Positions 1 through 12,506 of a stretch of DNA of 64,000 nt are shown here, in pieces. The position numbers and the translations under genes are program-made. This DNA comes from Lama guanicoe (taxonomy: Eukaryota). The notes under the pieces were generated by a model. The model had not been told where the DNA came from. It worked only from the letters and a program-made list of their open reading frames with translations, and did not search any database. The DNA lies in assembly GCA_013239625.1 (NCBI GenBank), contig MU054187.1, forward strand, positions 21,641,280 to 21,705,279. Reading direction: 5' to 3'. Positions within the stretch are counted from its first letter, which is position 1; the number at the start of each line of letters is the position of its first letter.

Positions 1-524
1 TAGTAGAAAGATATCCTGAAATTACTAGCAAATTGTTAAATATCAGTTTTTAGTCTGTCAAAAACACCAGGTAAAATTGTGAAAATAATAAAAAAAGAGA
101 TAGGAGAGAGAGAAGTTTAATGTGGAGTTTTCAACCTTTGATCACTTTTTTCATATAAAATTCACTGAGGTAATACACAAATAACTTAGTAAATTTCATT
201 TCAAACAAAAATTTATTTTATACTTTGATCTCTTTTATATGATAACTATTCAAAGCATCTCTCTCTAATCTTTCCAAAACAAGTTACTAAAGTAATTTCT
301 TCCAATATGTGTCCAAAGATAGAGATTTTAGATTGCATCCATTGCAAAACTTCAATTACTTAGAGTTTAGAGAAAATTGAATATTCAGGCCAATACAATT
401 TAATGGTTAACTAAATATCAACCTATACTGTCAATATAGATGTCAAAGTTTGAATAAATACCTCTAATAAATAAATGAATAAATGCCTATTTGGAAACTA
501 TGTATGTGTATGTCTGTTTTACTT

Positions 525-1370
525 TTATTTTTAATAAGTTCACACTACAAAAAAGTTGCAAAGATAGTAAAAGGAATTCCTACATAGCCTTCAACCAGAT
601 TCACCAATTGTAAACATTGTTATCAGCTTTGTTTTATCATTCTTTCTCAAATATATAATCATTTGAGAGTCTACTATAGCTATCTTGTCCCTTTTCCTCT
701 AAATTCTTCATATATAATTGCAAAGAAAATGGACTTTCTTGTAAACAGGTGTAACACACTTAACAGAAAAAGGAAGTTTAACATTAATACAATACTGTTA
801 CCTAATATGCAGCCCACATTCAAATTATATCAGTTGTCCCAATATTGTCCTTATGCCGTTTTTCCCAATCCAGGATTCAATCCAAGATCAAACATTGCAT
901 TTACTTGTCATGTGTTTTCAGTCTCTCTAAACTTACAAATTACGTCAACATTTTTTATTTTTCATGACATTAGCATTTTTTTAAGTATAGTCATTTTTGT
1001 AGAGTGTCCCTGAACTTGGAATTCTCTGAAGTTTCTTTGTGGTTAGATTCAGGCCATGCATTTTTGTCAGGAATAACCACTTGTTGTCAGTTGTTCCATT
1101 ACTACATAAGTATGCTTTGAAAACTTGGCTAAGATGGAATTCTTCCGTTTTGTTCAATGTGGTTACTATTTTTTCTTTTGATGTTAGTAAGCAATTTCTA
1201 GGAAGAAACTTTGGAACTGTTTAAATATTTTCTTATCAAATTTTTATCCAAATTTTAGCAGCCACTGCACATTCTTGTTTGAATCAATTATTATGATGAC
1301 TGCAGCACAACAATTTTTTAACATCATTATTTCTTCTGATTGTATAAATCTGCATTCTATTGTGCAGAGT
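525..1370 (-). mobile_element. Old L1 (L1MC-like) 3' fragment
   Basis: AAAAGTTGCAAAGATAGTA...CAGATTCACCAATTGT resembles remembered L1MC 3'-end consensus; boundaries approximate. Confidence 0.55.
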
Positions 1371-2049
1371 TTTTAAATTTCTGGTACAAAACTGGATCCT
1401 TGTAATCAACCTCTCTGCCATGTGAAATTAAAAAAATAGCATTATTTGGCTCTAAATCTGATTTTACAGTATTTTCTTTTAAAAAATTAAAAAGTTCTTC
1501 TGAGATAAAAGTGAAGTCTACCAAGCATAATGTTGGTAAAGTACAAATCCAATATTTCTTTAACGTTAAACATTAAATTCCAGCATTGTCCTTTTTTAAC
1601 TTAGTTGTATTTTTGTGTGTTCACCAATTAACATGACCTATAATTTTTAAAACACATTAACTACAGTATTTTTGAAAAACAGAAAAGTCTGAGTAAAGGC
1701 ATGTGGTTCCTAAGATGAGTGCTTGTTAAATCTCAGATAGGCTTACAGCTAATTCCCACATTTTACAGAAAAGGAAATAAAATCCCCAAATGGACAAGTT
1801 AGTTACATATGGTCACATCAGTAATTAATTAACAAAAAAAGCAAGACCAGAGAAGAGGTCCCCTGTTTTCTATGTGTTAAATTATCTAAAAGGAATATTA
1901 ATTAACAAAAATAAAATTTTATAACACAAAATGGTTTAAAAAAAAGGTTTCAGATTTCTCTTCAGATAGTTATATGAAGTCTTTTGAGAGTCAAATAGGA
2001 AGAACATATCATGACTAATGCCCTTTTTGAAAACTGTTAAAATTGCAAA

Positions 2050-2640
2050 ATGGAGAGCACCAAGCTCCCAAAAGCAGTAAGATTTTTTTTTTTTTCAGGA
2101 AGCAAGGCTTTCAGAAAAAATAGATCTGGGGACCTTTCTGTCTCCCAAAGAAGTATGGAAATAGTCCTCACTCAGCAAGAGAATCCTCCCAGCTGTTCAG
2201 GCTGTGTGTGCAGTGGTGCCAATGCTGTCTGCTCCCAGTCATGCAGAGATGAGGATGGCCTTCTAGAAATGCAGCACAGCACTTTGTTCTCTGTCTTCTG
2301 ATCCCCCTGCTGTCTCAGCAGCATGAGGTGCCTGCAGAACTCTGCCTTTCTATCCCGGGCATTCTAAAGTAGACCTCCAAAGAAAAGATGTGGTTTGGTG
2401 ATTTTGCAATCTTCAGAATTTTTTATTTTTTTGAGGCTTCAAGACATGGTTTCAGTCCACATAGGAATAACAGTCATCCACTTTACTTCCTTAACTGGAA
2501 TGACCTCAGTTGCAGGAAGAAAGGAGTTTGGAGCAGACTTGTGAATACTCCCAGTGATGAGCTTTCTGAAGCTTCCAATAATGCAGAAGACTTTGGACAA
2601 GAATTCTTTGCATATTCACATCTGAAGGTTCATACAGCAG
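2050..2640 (+). pseudogene. Highly decayed copy of exon 1 of an SLC7A12/SLC7A13-like transporter (copy A)
   Basis: From ~2120 translates IDLGTFLSPKEVWK*SSLSKRILPAVQAVCAVVPMLSAPSHAEMRMAF, colinear with IGAGIFVAPKGVLKYSSLNVGVSLSIWAACAVVSTMAALSHAELGTTF of the 11822 exon. Shared GCCTTTCTATCCC and TGGTTTCAG. The 3' part reads NAEDFGQEFFAYS..TAG vs MAEAFLQGLYAYS..IAG. Has stops and frameshifts, and the donor is GG (2641) instead of GT. Confidence 0.85.
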
Positions 2641-2679
2641 GGAAATACATTACTCTGAAACAAATAGTTTTCTTTCTTC

Positions 2680-4080
2680 ACTCCATCATTTACTCAGAAA
2701 TGTATATTAAATGCCTGCTACATGCCAGGCTCTCTTCTAAGAGATGAACAATCAGAAGATGTCCTTGCCTTCACTGAGCTTTTATTCTAATAGATCCATA
2801 GAATGAGACAGACAAGAAACAAATAAATATGTAATGAGTCAGGGGATGAAATTTGCTGTAAATATGCATTGAGCAAGTTAAAGAAATAGAGTGACTGTAA
2901 TTAGGCAACTTGTTTGAAGTGCTCAGGGAGAGCTGTCTGATTAGGTAACATCTGAGCAGAGATATGAAGTGAGAGAAGAAAGCTCAGATACTGGTGGAAA
3001 GGTCCTTCAGGAAGAAGGACAACATGGCCCTAAGTGGGAACATGCCTCGTGGATCAAAGGTCAGTAAGAAGGCCTTTGTGATTTGACCAAAGTGAGCCAA
3101 GGGAAGAGAGTAAGAGATGAGATCAAAGAGGGAGCAAGAAAGGAGTGGAAACCAACTTGTGCAGAGTTTACAGGCCAGTGCAAAGACTGGCTATTACACT
3201 AAGTGAGATAAGATGCCTTTCAAGGTCATATGATCTAACTTAAGTATCTAAAGACTAGCTGCTGTGTTGAAAGGAAACTACAGATATCCAAGAATGGAAG
3301 ATGGGGGACCAATTAGGAGTCAATTGCAGTAGTAATCAGTGGCACATTGACTAGGAGAGTAGCAGTGAGGGTGATGAGACAGGATTGGAACCTGACTTAT
3401 ATTTTGCAGCTACAGTCAACATGGTATCCTGACAGAGTACATGTGAGATGTGATAGAAAAGAGTCATCAAATTATTTAAAGGCTTTGATTTCAACATAAT
3501 GGAAAGATTTCAGTTGCTGTGAGTTAAGATGGGAAGACTGTTGATGTTGCAGGTTTGGGAGAGAAGATGAAGTGGTCAGTTTTGGATGTGTTAAGTTTGA
3601 CATGCCTATCAAATATCTAATTAGAAATGGAAAATACATATAGTTGGATAAATTAATCAGAATTTCAAGGGAGCAGTTCAAGTTCAAGAAACACAATTTG
3701 GAAGTAGAAAGTGTATAAACTGTAGCTAAAGCGTGAACCTGGAGAACATCAGCTGGGAAGTAGAGAGTTACGAAGACCTCCAAAGTCTAAGCTCTGGTTC
3801 GTTTGAGAGATTCGTGGGTTGGGGCAGAAAAGGATTCAGCAAAGAAGATGGAGAAGAAGCAATGAATGAAATGAGAGGAAAACCTGAAGAGTGTAGAGTC
3901 CCGTGTTGGGTGAAAAAAAATGTGTCAAGGAGAAGAGAATGTTCCCCAAAGACAAATGCTGCTAATCAATCAAGCAAAATGAGGGCTAAAATTTAATCAT
4001 TGGATTTAGCAATGTGGAGATCACTGGAGGCCTTGGTAGAAGTTTCAGTGGAGTAATGGAAAAAAAGTCTTAGGAGAGTG
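2680..4080 (-). mobile_element. LINE-2 fragment (~1.4 kb)
   Basis: Starts with a degenerate L2 tail (..TATTAAATGCCTGCTACATGCCAGGC), followed by purine-rich L2 body motifs (TTTTGGATGTGTTAAGTTTGA, TTGGATTTAGCAATGTGGAG). Confidence 0.8.
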
Positions 4081-4099
4081 GATATAATTACAAACTTTC

Positions 4100-5065
4100 A
4101 GAAAGAGAAATTAAGAAAACAATCCCATTTACAACTGCATCAGAATAAATAAAATACCTAGGAATAAATTTAACCAGGAAGGTAAAAGACCTGCACACTG
4201 AAAACCACAAGAGACTGATGAAAAAAGTTGAAGAAGACACAAATAAATGGAAAGATATACCATGCTTGTGGTTTGGAAAAATTAATATTGTTAAACGTCC
4301 ATGCTACCCAAAGAAATCTACAGATTAAGGCAATCCCTACCAATATTCCAATGGCATTTCACAGAAATAGAACAATCTTCAAATTTGTATGGATCCACAA
4401 AAGACTCTGAATAGCCAAAGCCATCTTGAGAAAGAACAAAGCTGGGGGCATCATGCATCCTGATTTCAAACTCTATTATAAATCTATAGTGATCAAAACA
4501 GTAGGGTATTGGCATAAAAACAGACACATAGATCAGCAGAACAGAATAGAGTTCAGAAATAAACCTACACATATATGGACAATTAATTTACATATTAGAA
4601 TATTATTCAGCCATAAAAAAGCATGAAATCTTGCCATTTACCATGACATGAATGGACTTTGAGGGCACTATATTTACTAAGTGAAATAAGTCAGAGAAAG
4701 ACAAATATCATATGATCTCATTTATATGTAGAATCTAAAAGATGAACAAATTCATAGATATGAAGAACAGATTGGTGGGGCTGGATGAAATGGGTGAAGG
4801 TGGCCAAAAGGTACAAACTCTCACCTATAAGTCATGGGGACATACGTGCAGCCTAGTGACCATAGTTATTAATACTGTATTGTATATTTAAAAGTTGCTA
4901 AGAGAATAGATCTTAAAAGTTCTCATCACAAGAAAAAAGAATGTGTAACTGTGTGGTGATGGAGGTTAACTAGACTTACTGTGGTGATCATTTCAAAACG
5001 AAAGTGCTGTATACCTGAAACTAATACAATACTATGTTTTAATTACGTGTCAATTAAAAAAAGAA
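4100..5065 (+). mobile_element. L1 (L1MA-like) ORF2 3' part + 3'UTR with internal deletion
   Basis: ORF2 peptide [37 protein letters not shown]1MA-type 3' end and A-tail. Confidence 0.9.
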
Positions 5066-5343
5066 GAATAGAATGCTTTGGTATATTTTAAAATGCTTCC
5101 TTTCCCCCTTGGCCTGCTGGAAGCACAGGGTATTTTTCTCTGATACTCATTGTAGGGACCTGGTAGACTCCCTGGAGGTAAAACTCAGGAAAGTGTGAGG
5201 CCCTCCTATGATTAGGTTCCCCTTGGAGTTTTCTCTCTCAGACTTGTCCACACAGAGCCTCCAGGAATTCATCGCCTACACTTTAGATTTTCCTGCCTAA
5301 TACTGGTCTTTGCAGAGGTTTCTGCTCATGAACTTCTACTTGG

Positions 5344-5546
5344 NNNNNNNNNNNNNNNNNNNNNNNNNNNNNNNNNNNNNNNNNNNNNNNNNNNNNNNNN
5401 NNNNNNNNNNNNNNNNNNNNNNNNNNNNNNNNNNNNNNNNNNNNNNNNNNNNNNNNNNNNNNNNNNNNNNNNNNNNNNNNNNNNNNNNNNNNNNNNNNNN
5501 NNNNNNNNNNNNNNNNNNNNNNNNNNNNNNNNNNNNNNNNNNNNNN
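5344..5546. other. Assembly gap
   Basis: Run of N. Confidence 1.
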
Positions 5547-5929
5547 ATATTTCAATTCCTGAGCTCCTTAGTCTGGGTGTTAATATACAGTCCAGAGTCT
5601 CTTTGTGCTCCATTGAACTGTTCAGGTGGCTCAAGATCAGCATCCTCTCCCTCCTGCTAGCAGTACTGTTTTCCCTAGATCTTCTGTACAAATTTATTCC
5701 TGGACAGAATAAGAGCACATAGGAAACTTCAGCCCAAGCTCATTGCTTCCCATTTACCCCAAAAGCTTCCAACCCTGAGACCAGCACATACATCAGCCAG
5801 ATCCAAATAAACTGGAGAGTACGCTTCCTGGCTCTCCTACTAGCCCCACACATATCCCTGTTCTGATTGCTCTACTCCGTAATATTTAATCACCATACCT
5901 GCCTTTGGTATCAACAATACAGAGAAAAT

Positions 5930-6040
5930 AAGACTATGGAAAGGAATATATGTATGCATATGTATGACTGAAACATAATGCTGTACACAAGAAATTGACA
6001 CAACATTGTAAACTGACTATATTTCAATTAAAAAAGAAAT
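5930..6040 (+). mobile_element. 5'-truncated lineage-specific L1 3' end
   Basis: GCTGTACACAAGAAATTGACACAACATTGTAAACTGACTAT..AATTAAAAA; same family at 9435, 10370, 23670. Confidence 0.75.
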
Positions 6041-6259
6041 ATGTAAAATCAAAAAATACAGAGAAAATAGAAAAAGGGGCCACAATTCACCTCCCTACCC
6101 CCATCTCCAGCCATATGCTTTCACATGGAACTTTCACTGTGGAAAAAAGATCATTTAGAGAAAGGAGAAGGATAAGGTCTATGTAACTCTAAAATTTGTT
6201 CTATTTCTACCATTCCATACTTTAGGGAGGAACATAAACCAACAGACCAGACTGAAAAT

Positions 6260-6855
6260 TGTTACCAAACCAAATGTGGGGCTGCTCGCCTGCACACAAT
6301 GAAGCCAATCTACCTGACACCGGGTTGTGGTGAAGGAAAGCACAGCCCTTATTTCAGGGCACCAAGCAAAGAAAACAGGCAGCTCACGCTCAAAAGAGCC
6401 AAACACCTCGATGGTTTCCAGGGAAGGGGTTTTAAAAGCAGTGTATGGGAGGTGCACGGTCAGCTCATGCATAATTCTCAGACTGGTTTGCATCAAGGTG
6501 AAGTTTCAAGGATCATCAACCTTCTGGTTTCAACCAGTCTAAGGTCTATATGATTGTAGTCAACATTTTCACCGGGTGTGGGGTCTGCTTCCTGTAAAAA
6601 CAACTTAGGAATATGTGTAAGGCCTTTATCTATAGTTTTCAGAGAACTGAGATTTTGGTGACTCTGCTGTGTGGCTGGTTTATAGTCTGAATTGTTACCA
6701 GTTCCCTGGCCCAAGAGATAATCTTTGTTTCTACATCTACACATTTCCTCACCATTAACTCTGGGGCCTCTGGAGACTCAGGGAAGGCCTGGGAGACTAA
6801 AGCAAAAGCCTTTTACTTCAAAGTACAGGGACACGGGGTCTTGTATACGGCTTCA
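6260..6855 (-). mobile_element. Solo LTR of an endogenous retrovirus
   Basis: TG...CA termini (TGTTACC...GGCTTCA), ~600 bp, near-duplicated flanks AAAT/GAAT. Confidence 0.7.
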
Positions 6856-7329
6856 GAATAAGGGTATCAAAACATGTGCCACTTGAAAGTTCAGTATAAA
6901 TTCCTCATCTGAATTGTGGAATGAGAATGATAACAGAATTTACTTTCTGTCTTTTATGTCACCAGCCATAACATCCTCTTTCTCACAGAAGGGACACAGA
7001 TACTGGCATGAAGGTTGAAGACATAGCCACTCTGTTAGAACAGTGAACATGCCTTTTGCATGAACTGATTCCAAATGAGGATAAAAATTTCCTGACCATC
7101 CTCCCCATCTTCAAACCATGGATTTTAAACAATACCAAAAGAATTTAAGTTCCACTGTGTCTAGGATCTTTGTCTAGTCTGCATATTGATATACACAGAG
7201 CACCTAAAACAATGTACATTTTAGGCACTTCACAAATATCTGTAGAATGGCAAAGAAGACATTGGTTTAATACATCAAATCTTGGAGGCAGTGTTCTGGA
7301 GGTATAGCTCAAAGACACACTCCAATAAT

Positions 7330-7770
7330 GCAAAAAAAGAATCCATATTAATAAAAAGTCTGACTCCATTTTGATGTTTGACTGCTGGCAGCTTTTAAGG
7401 TCTACCACTATGCCTTTCTTCCTGTCCCACATCTGATAAGGACAAGCTGATAAGAAACCTGGTGTTCCCTCCATTGGCAGCAACAGGAACTTAAGACCCC
7501 ACAAGCCTCATCCCATTCAAATGGGGACTCTCACCTCAGTCCTACCCTCTGATCACCACAGAACCCCAAACTAGTAGCTCCTGTCTGCTCTCAAGATATG
7601 TTTGGACCTGCCTGCGACCCTACCCTGTCCCCATGTGAGAAATCTCATTACGAGAATAATGAGTTCTTCCTACCCTCTTAGTGTATGTGTGCCATCATTA
7701 GTCTTGTTATCTGAACCAAATTTTGGATGGCAGGGGTAAGGGGTCCATCTCATCTCAGTGGGCTACAACA
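7330..7770 (+). mobile_element. Old solo LTR (ERV1/MER-type)
   Basis: CTGACTCCATTTTGATGTTTGACTGCTG start and ...GCTACAACA end. Confidence 0.55.
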
Positions 7771-8329
7771 TCTTTGAAGATTCATTTTTTAATCTTAAAA
7801 AAAGTGTTAACTTTTACATTCTATCCCAGAATATATCCATGTTTAAAATCAGTGCTGCAAATAAATTCTGAATGCTTAAATAAATGCTTCAAAAAATTCC
7901 CCCCCTCAAAAAGAGTACTTTGAGTGGAACTGACACCTCAAGAAGATGAATAACATTTATCTCATGGCTTCACCTACTCCCTGCATTCATCAGAGCAGTG
8001 ATTATTTCAGTTTGAGAGGCATAGATGCAGTCCTATTCCACTAATTTATAAATGATGGAAACTAATGTGGAGGAAATTTCCAAGCTTACACAGTTGGCCA
8101 GAACAAAGATCCTGTGATTCCTATATGTCAAATATTCCCATAATCTAGTTTTTTATTTTTATTTTGCTATATCTAACCATCAAAAACTAATGCAATCAGA
8201 GAGTTTGCGTAAGTTATGCAGAAGCACAGTCAAACACAAACACCAATTACAAATTAGTACCTTAGAAATTAGAAACAAAGAGCCAAGGGAGAGTTATGAG
8301 TAAGCAACTATAAAAAAAGCAATCAGCAT

Positions 8330-8935
8330 CTTTTTGTTTTCTTGTCAGCTATTTGTACGTCCCCTTTGGAAAATGTCTGTCCAAGTCTTCTGCCCGTCTT
8401 TTAATTGGACTGTTTGGTGGTGGTGGTGGTTGTTTTTTGCTATTGAGTTGTATGAGTCCCTTATATATTTTGGATTTTAACCTTTATCAGATAGATGGTT
8501 TGCAAATATTTTCTCTGATTCTATAGGTTATCTTTTCATTTTGTCAGTTGCTTCTTTTGCTGTGCAGAAACTTTTTAGTTTGATGTTATTTCTGCTTTTG
8601 TTGCTTGCACTTTTGGTGTGATCTCCAAAAGAAAAAAATTGTTGGTGAGGCCAATGTCAAGGAGCTTATTTTCTTTTTTCTTTTAGGAGTTTTACAATAT
8701 CAGGTCTTATGTTTAATCTTTGATCCCATTTTAAGTTAATTTTTGTGAGTGGTGTAAGACAGGGGTCTAATATTGCATGTGAATATCCTGTTTTCCAAAC
8801 ACCATTTATTGAAGAGACTATCCTTTCCCCACTGAGTATTCTTGGCTTCTTGGTCAAATATTAGTTGACTGTGTATGCATGCATTTATTTCTGGGCTCTC
8901 AATTCTGTTCCATTGGTCTATGTGTCAGTTTTTGT
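8330..8935 (-). mobile_element. L1 ORF2 fragment
   Basis: Reverse strand encodes L1 ORF2-like [15 protein letters not shown]...LNIRPDIVKLLKE. Confidence 0.88.
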
Positions 8936-9434
8936 GCTAGAAAAAGAAATATAGACTATTTCCAAAGAGTTTTGCTTGTAACTGGGATAACAGGCTTACA
9001 GAACTTCAGGGTACTGTGCTCACAGCCAAGACCAGAATTAAAGTCCATTTATCGAGTTGCAGGGACCTGCACTGACAGGCCATTGTAGCTGTGCCCCTTG
9101 TAAGAGAAGGGAGAGAGAGGCTAATGTTGCCCTTAAGCTGTGAGTCAGAGTTGAGTGTTCCATGAGTCCTAATCCAGTCCCTGCACAGAGGAGGCACTGC
9201 TGAGATAGGGTATATACTGGAACCACACACACACGAAAAAAATCACCAAGAAAAAAACAAAACTGTCATGGTTTATATCGTCACTGAGTCGTTACTTGGC
9301 TTCTTGTGGTTTTATGGATTTATTTATTTACGAGTAAAATCATAACTATATATAAATAGATATGTACAATCACATCAAAACTAATTAATTAATTAAAGTG
9401 AATAGCTGGGTGACCTTGGTAAATTACCTAAATT

Positions 9435-10190
9435 TCTTTTTTTTAACATTTTTTATTGATTTATAATCATTTTACAATGTTGTGTCAAATTCCATTGTAG
9501 AGAACAATTTTTCAGTTGTACATGAACATATATATATTCATTGTCACATTTTATTTCCATGAGCTAACATAAGATCTTGTATATATTTCCCTGTGCTATA
9601 CAGTATAATCTTGTTTATCTATTCTAAAATTTTGAAATCCCAGTCTATCCCTTCCCTCCCTCTGCCCCCTTGGCAACCACAAGTTTGTATTCTATGTCTA
9701 TGAGTATATTTCTGTTTTGTATTTATGCTTTGTTTGTGTGGTTTTTTTTTTTTAGATTCCACATATGAGCGATCTCATATGGTATTTTTTTTCTCTTTCT
9801 GGCTTACTTCACTTAGAATGACATTCTCCAGGAGCATCCATGTTGCTGCAAATGGTGTTATGTTGTCGGTTTTTATGGCTGAGTAGTATTCCATTGTATA
9901 AATATACCACCTCTTCTTTATCCAGTCATCTGTTGATGGACATTTAGGCTGTCTCCATGTCTTGGCTATTGTAAATAGTGCTACTATGAACATTGGGGTG
10001 CAGGTGTCATCCTGAAGTAGGGTTCCTTCTGGATATATGCCCAAGAGCGGGATTCCTGGGTCATATGGTAAGTCTATTCCTAGTCTTTTGAGGAATCTCC
10101 ATACTGTTTTCTACAGTGGCTGCACAAAATTGCATTCCCACCAGCAGTGTAGGAGGGTTCCCCTTTCTTCACAGCCTCTCCAGCATTTGG
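9435..10190 (-). mobile_element. Young 5'-truncated L1 inserted into a MIR
   Basis: Intact ORF2 C-terminus (CTPMFIVALFTIAKTWRQPKCPSTDDWIKK...), poly-T tail, ATTTCTT flanking duplication, MIR halves on both sides. Confidence 0.9.
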
Positions 10191-10369
10191 CATTTCTTAC
10201 AGTTTCATTTCTCATCTATTGGTACTGTATGGTGCTTGATGTGACTTAATGAGTTAATACAAGTATTAAACATAGTTCCTGGCATGTCGTTGGTACCATT
10301 TAAATGTTAGCCATTATTAGTATAACCATGTTGAAGCTCACAACGGGTATATAAAAAGTCTTGGTTTAA

Positions 10370-10650
10370 ACCTTATGGTTACCAGGGAAAGGGGATGGGA
10401 AGGTATAAATTTGGGAGTTCGAGATTTGCAAATGTTAACCACTATATATAAAAATAGATAAAAAACAAATTTCTTCTGTACAGCATAAGGAACCATATTC
10501 AATATCTTGTAATAACCTTTAATGAAAATGAATATATATATATATACACACACATATATATGTGTGTGTATATATATGCATGACTGGGACATCATGCTGT
10601 ATACTAGAAACTGACACATTGTAACTGATTTATACTTCAATAAAAATAAA
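10370..10650 (+). mobile_element. 5'-truncated L1 3'UTR with TA/CA/TG microsatellite
   Basis: ATAAATTTGGGAGTTCGAGATTTGC...ACTTCAATAAAAATAAAA. Confidence 0.8.
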
Positions 10651-11124
10651 ATGTTACCAAAAATTTGTTTTAATAAAAAGAATAAAAGTGGTTAAGTGGG
10701 GGAAAAAATCTGGGTTTATATACATCTTCTTCTCTAGATAGGAGCTTCTAGAGGATAAGGATCACTAATTTAACAGATTTACTGAGACATACTGTGTACT
10801 ATGAGCTGGACCAGGTATCAGGGGTAAAATAGTGAACAAGACCATGTCTTAGTCTTTCCTGTACATGTATTGATTCACACAGGACCTAGAAAAAAATCAG
10901 ATGCTCAAAAATTTTCCTAAATCAATAAGTAGCTGAAAATACAGAAAAAAATAATGCTGAAAGGATGAATTATGCCCCTACAAGGCGATTGGTGGGGGAA
11001 ATGTAAAACCCTATATATGTGTACTGTGACCTGTTTGTCAAAAATTAAGTCTAATTTTCAAGTAACTGCAAAATGTTTTTAAAGCACTGTAGAGAAGCCG
11101 AAGCTGTGTATAATGCAGATAGTG

Positions 11125-11184
11125 NNNNNNNNNNNNNNNNNNNNNNNNNNNNNNNNNNNNNNNNNNNNNNNNNNNNNNNNNNNN
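11125..11184. other. Assembly gap
   Basis: Run of N. Confidence 1.
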
Positions 11185-11519
11185 GGTATAACTCAGCGTT
11201 GCATTCCTATTTGCTTCATCAGTAAATTGCCTTATTTAATTCTCTTAAGGGGGAAATAAGATTGGGAATAAGATAGGGAGTGTTAGTGCTAGTTTTTAAA
11301 ACAACAAAATCCAAAATCATTAAGTAACATAAATTTGTCAGTAAGTGGCACTATATGTGTGATTCAAACCAAAATCGGCTAACAAGTGGCAAACATGTGA
11401 TTCAAACCTTATACTTTTTGTCATGCTACAAGAACTTCCTCATGGTACAAACTTAAAGAATTACTTGTTTAAGGATCAAAATTAATGAGGTTACATATCC
11501 ATAGAAGAAATCTGACTTG

Positions 11520-11821
11520 GAATTTTTCATCTCTCACTCCCAATTAGCTGTGGCTAACTTGTTTAATTGTGCATAACCTTTAAAAAGCTTAACGTGTAAA
11601 ACATTTTAACTCTGATATTAAGATCTCAGAAACTTGAGTTCAGTTAACTCATAAGTTAATTTTTTTTTTAATTACGTTCGGTGCTGGAACAAAATCTGTT
11701 TGAGTAAGACAAGAGGGGGAAAGCAAAGCACTTAACTGTGAGAAGATTGGCTGAAGCCTTCCATGAGAAGAACAGAGTAAAAACTGTGAATTTATGTTAG
11801 CTGTTAAAATTCATTAAATTA
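11520..11821 (+). promoter_or_regulatory. Putative proximal promoter/5'UTR of the SLC7A12-like gene
   Basis: Non-coding blocks (AATTAGCTGTG, AAACATTTTAACT, AAGTTAAT) are conserved in the same order upstream of the paralogous exon 1 at 30220-30350. Confidence 0.5.
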
Positions 11822-12506
11822 ATGAAGATGGGTGGAAGTATTCAGCTTCAACGGGTAATAGGATATTTCCATGGAACAATTTTTTTATTCAGTATCATAA
11901 TAGGTGCAGGAATATTTGTTGCTCCTAAAGGGGTGCTAAAGTACTCTTCGCTCAACGTGGGGGTCTCCCTAAGCATTTGGGCGGCTTGCGCCGTAGTGTC
12001 TACGATGGCCGCTCTGAGCCACGCCGAGCTGGGGACCACCTTCCCTCGGAGTGGAGCACAGTATTATTTCCTCAAGAGATCTCTTGGACCTTTCATTGCT
12101 TTCTTCTATCTCTGGATCAATCTGTTTAGTACCCCAGCCGGAACCACTGCCCGTGGCTTGTTACTAGCAGGGTATATCACCCAGCCTTTCTATCCCAGAT
12201 GCTTTGTTCCCGAGATGCCGAAGAAATGTTTAGCGCTGGCCATTTTATGGTGCTTGGGAATTCTGAATGCTCAAGGAGTGAAGGAAATGACTTGGTTTCA
12301 GACTGTCAGTACGGTTGTGAAAATGACAGTTCTCTGCTTCATATCCGTAACTGGACTCATGTTGGTGGTGAGAGGAAGAAAGGAGAACCTTGCCAGGTTT
12401 GAGAAAGCTTTCGACGGTGAAGTTCCAAATGCCTCGCAGATGGCAGAAGCCTTCTTACAAGGACTATATGCATATTCTGGCTGGGGAGTCCTTGTTTGAA
12501 TAGCAG
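11822..12506 (+). CDS. SLC7A12: SLC7A12-like exon 1 (TM1-TM6; contains in-frame TGA at codon 226)
   Basis: ORF 11822-12499 MKMGGSIQLQRVIG...AYSGWGVLV*, then ATA GCA G|GTAAAG donor at 12507. Confidence 0.9.

Noticed and set aside
5283..5718. ORFs containing long X runs (also 15014-15409)
   Set aside because: Artefacts of N gaps.
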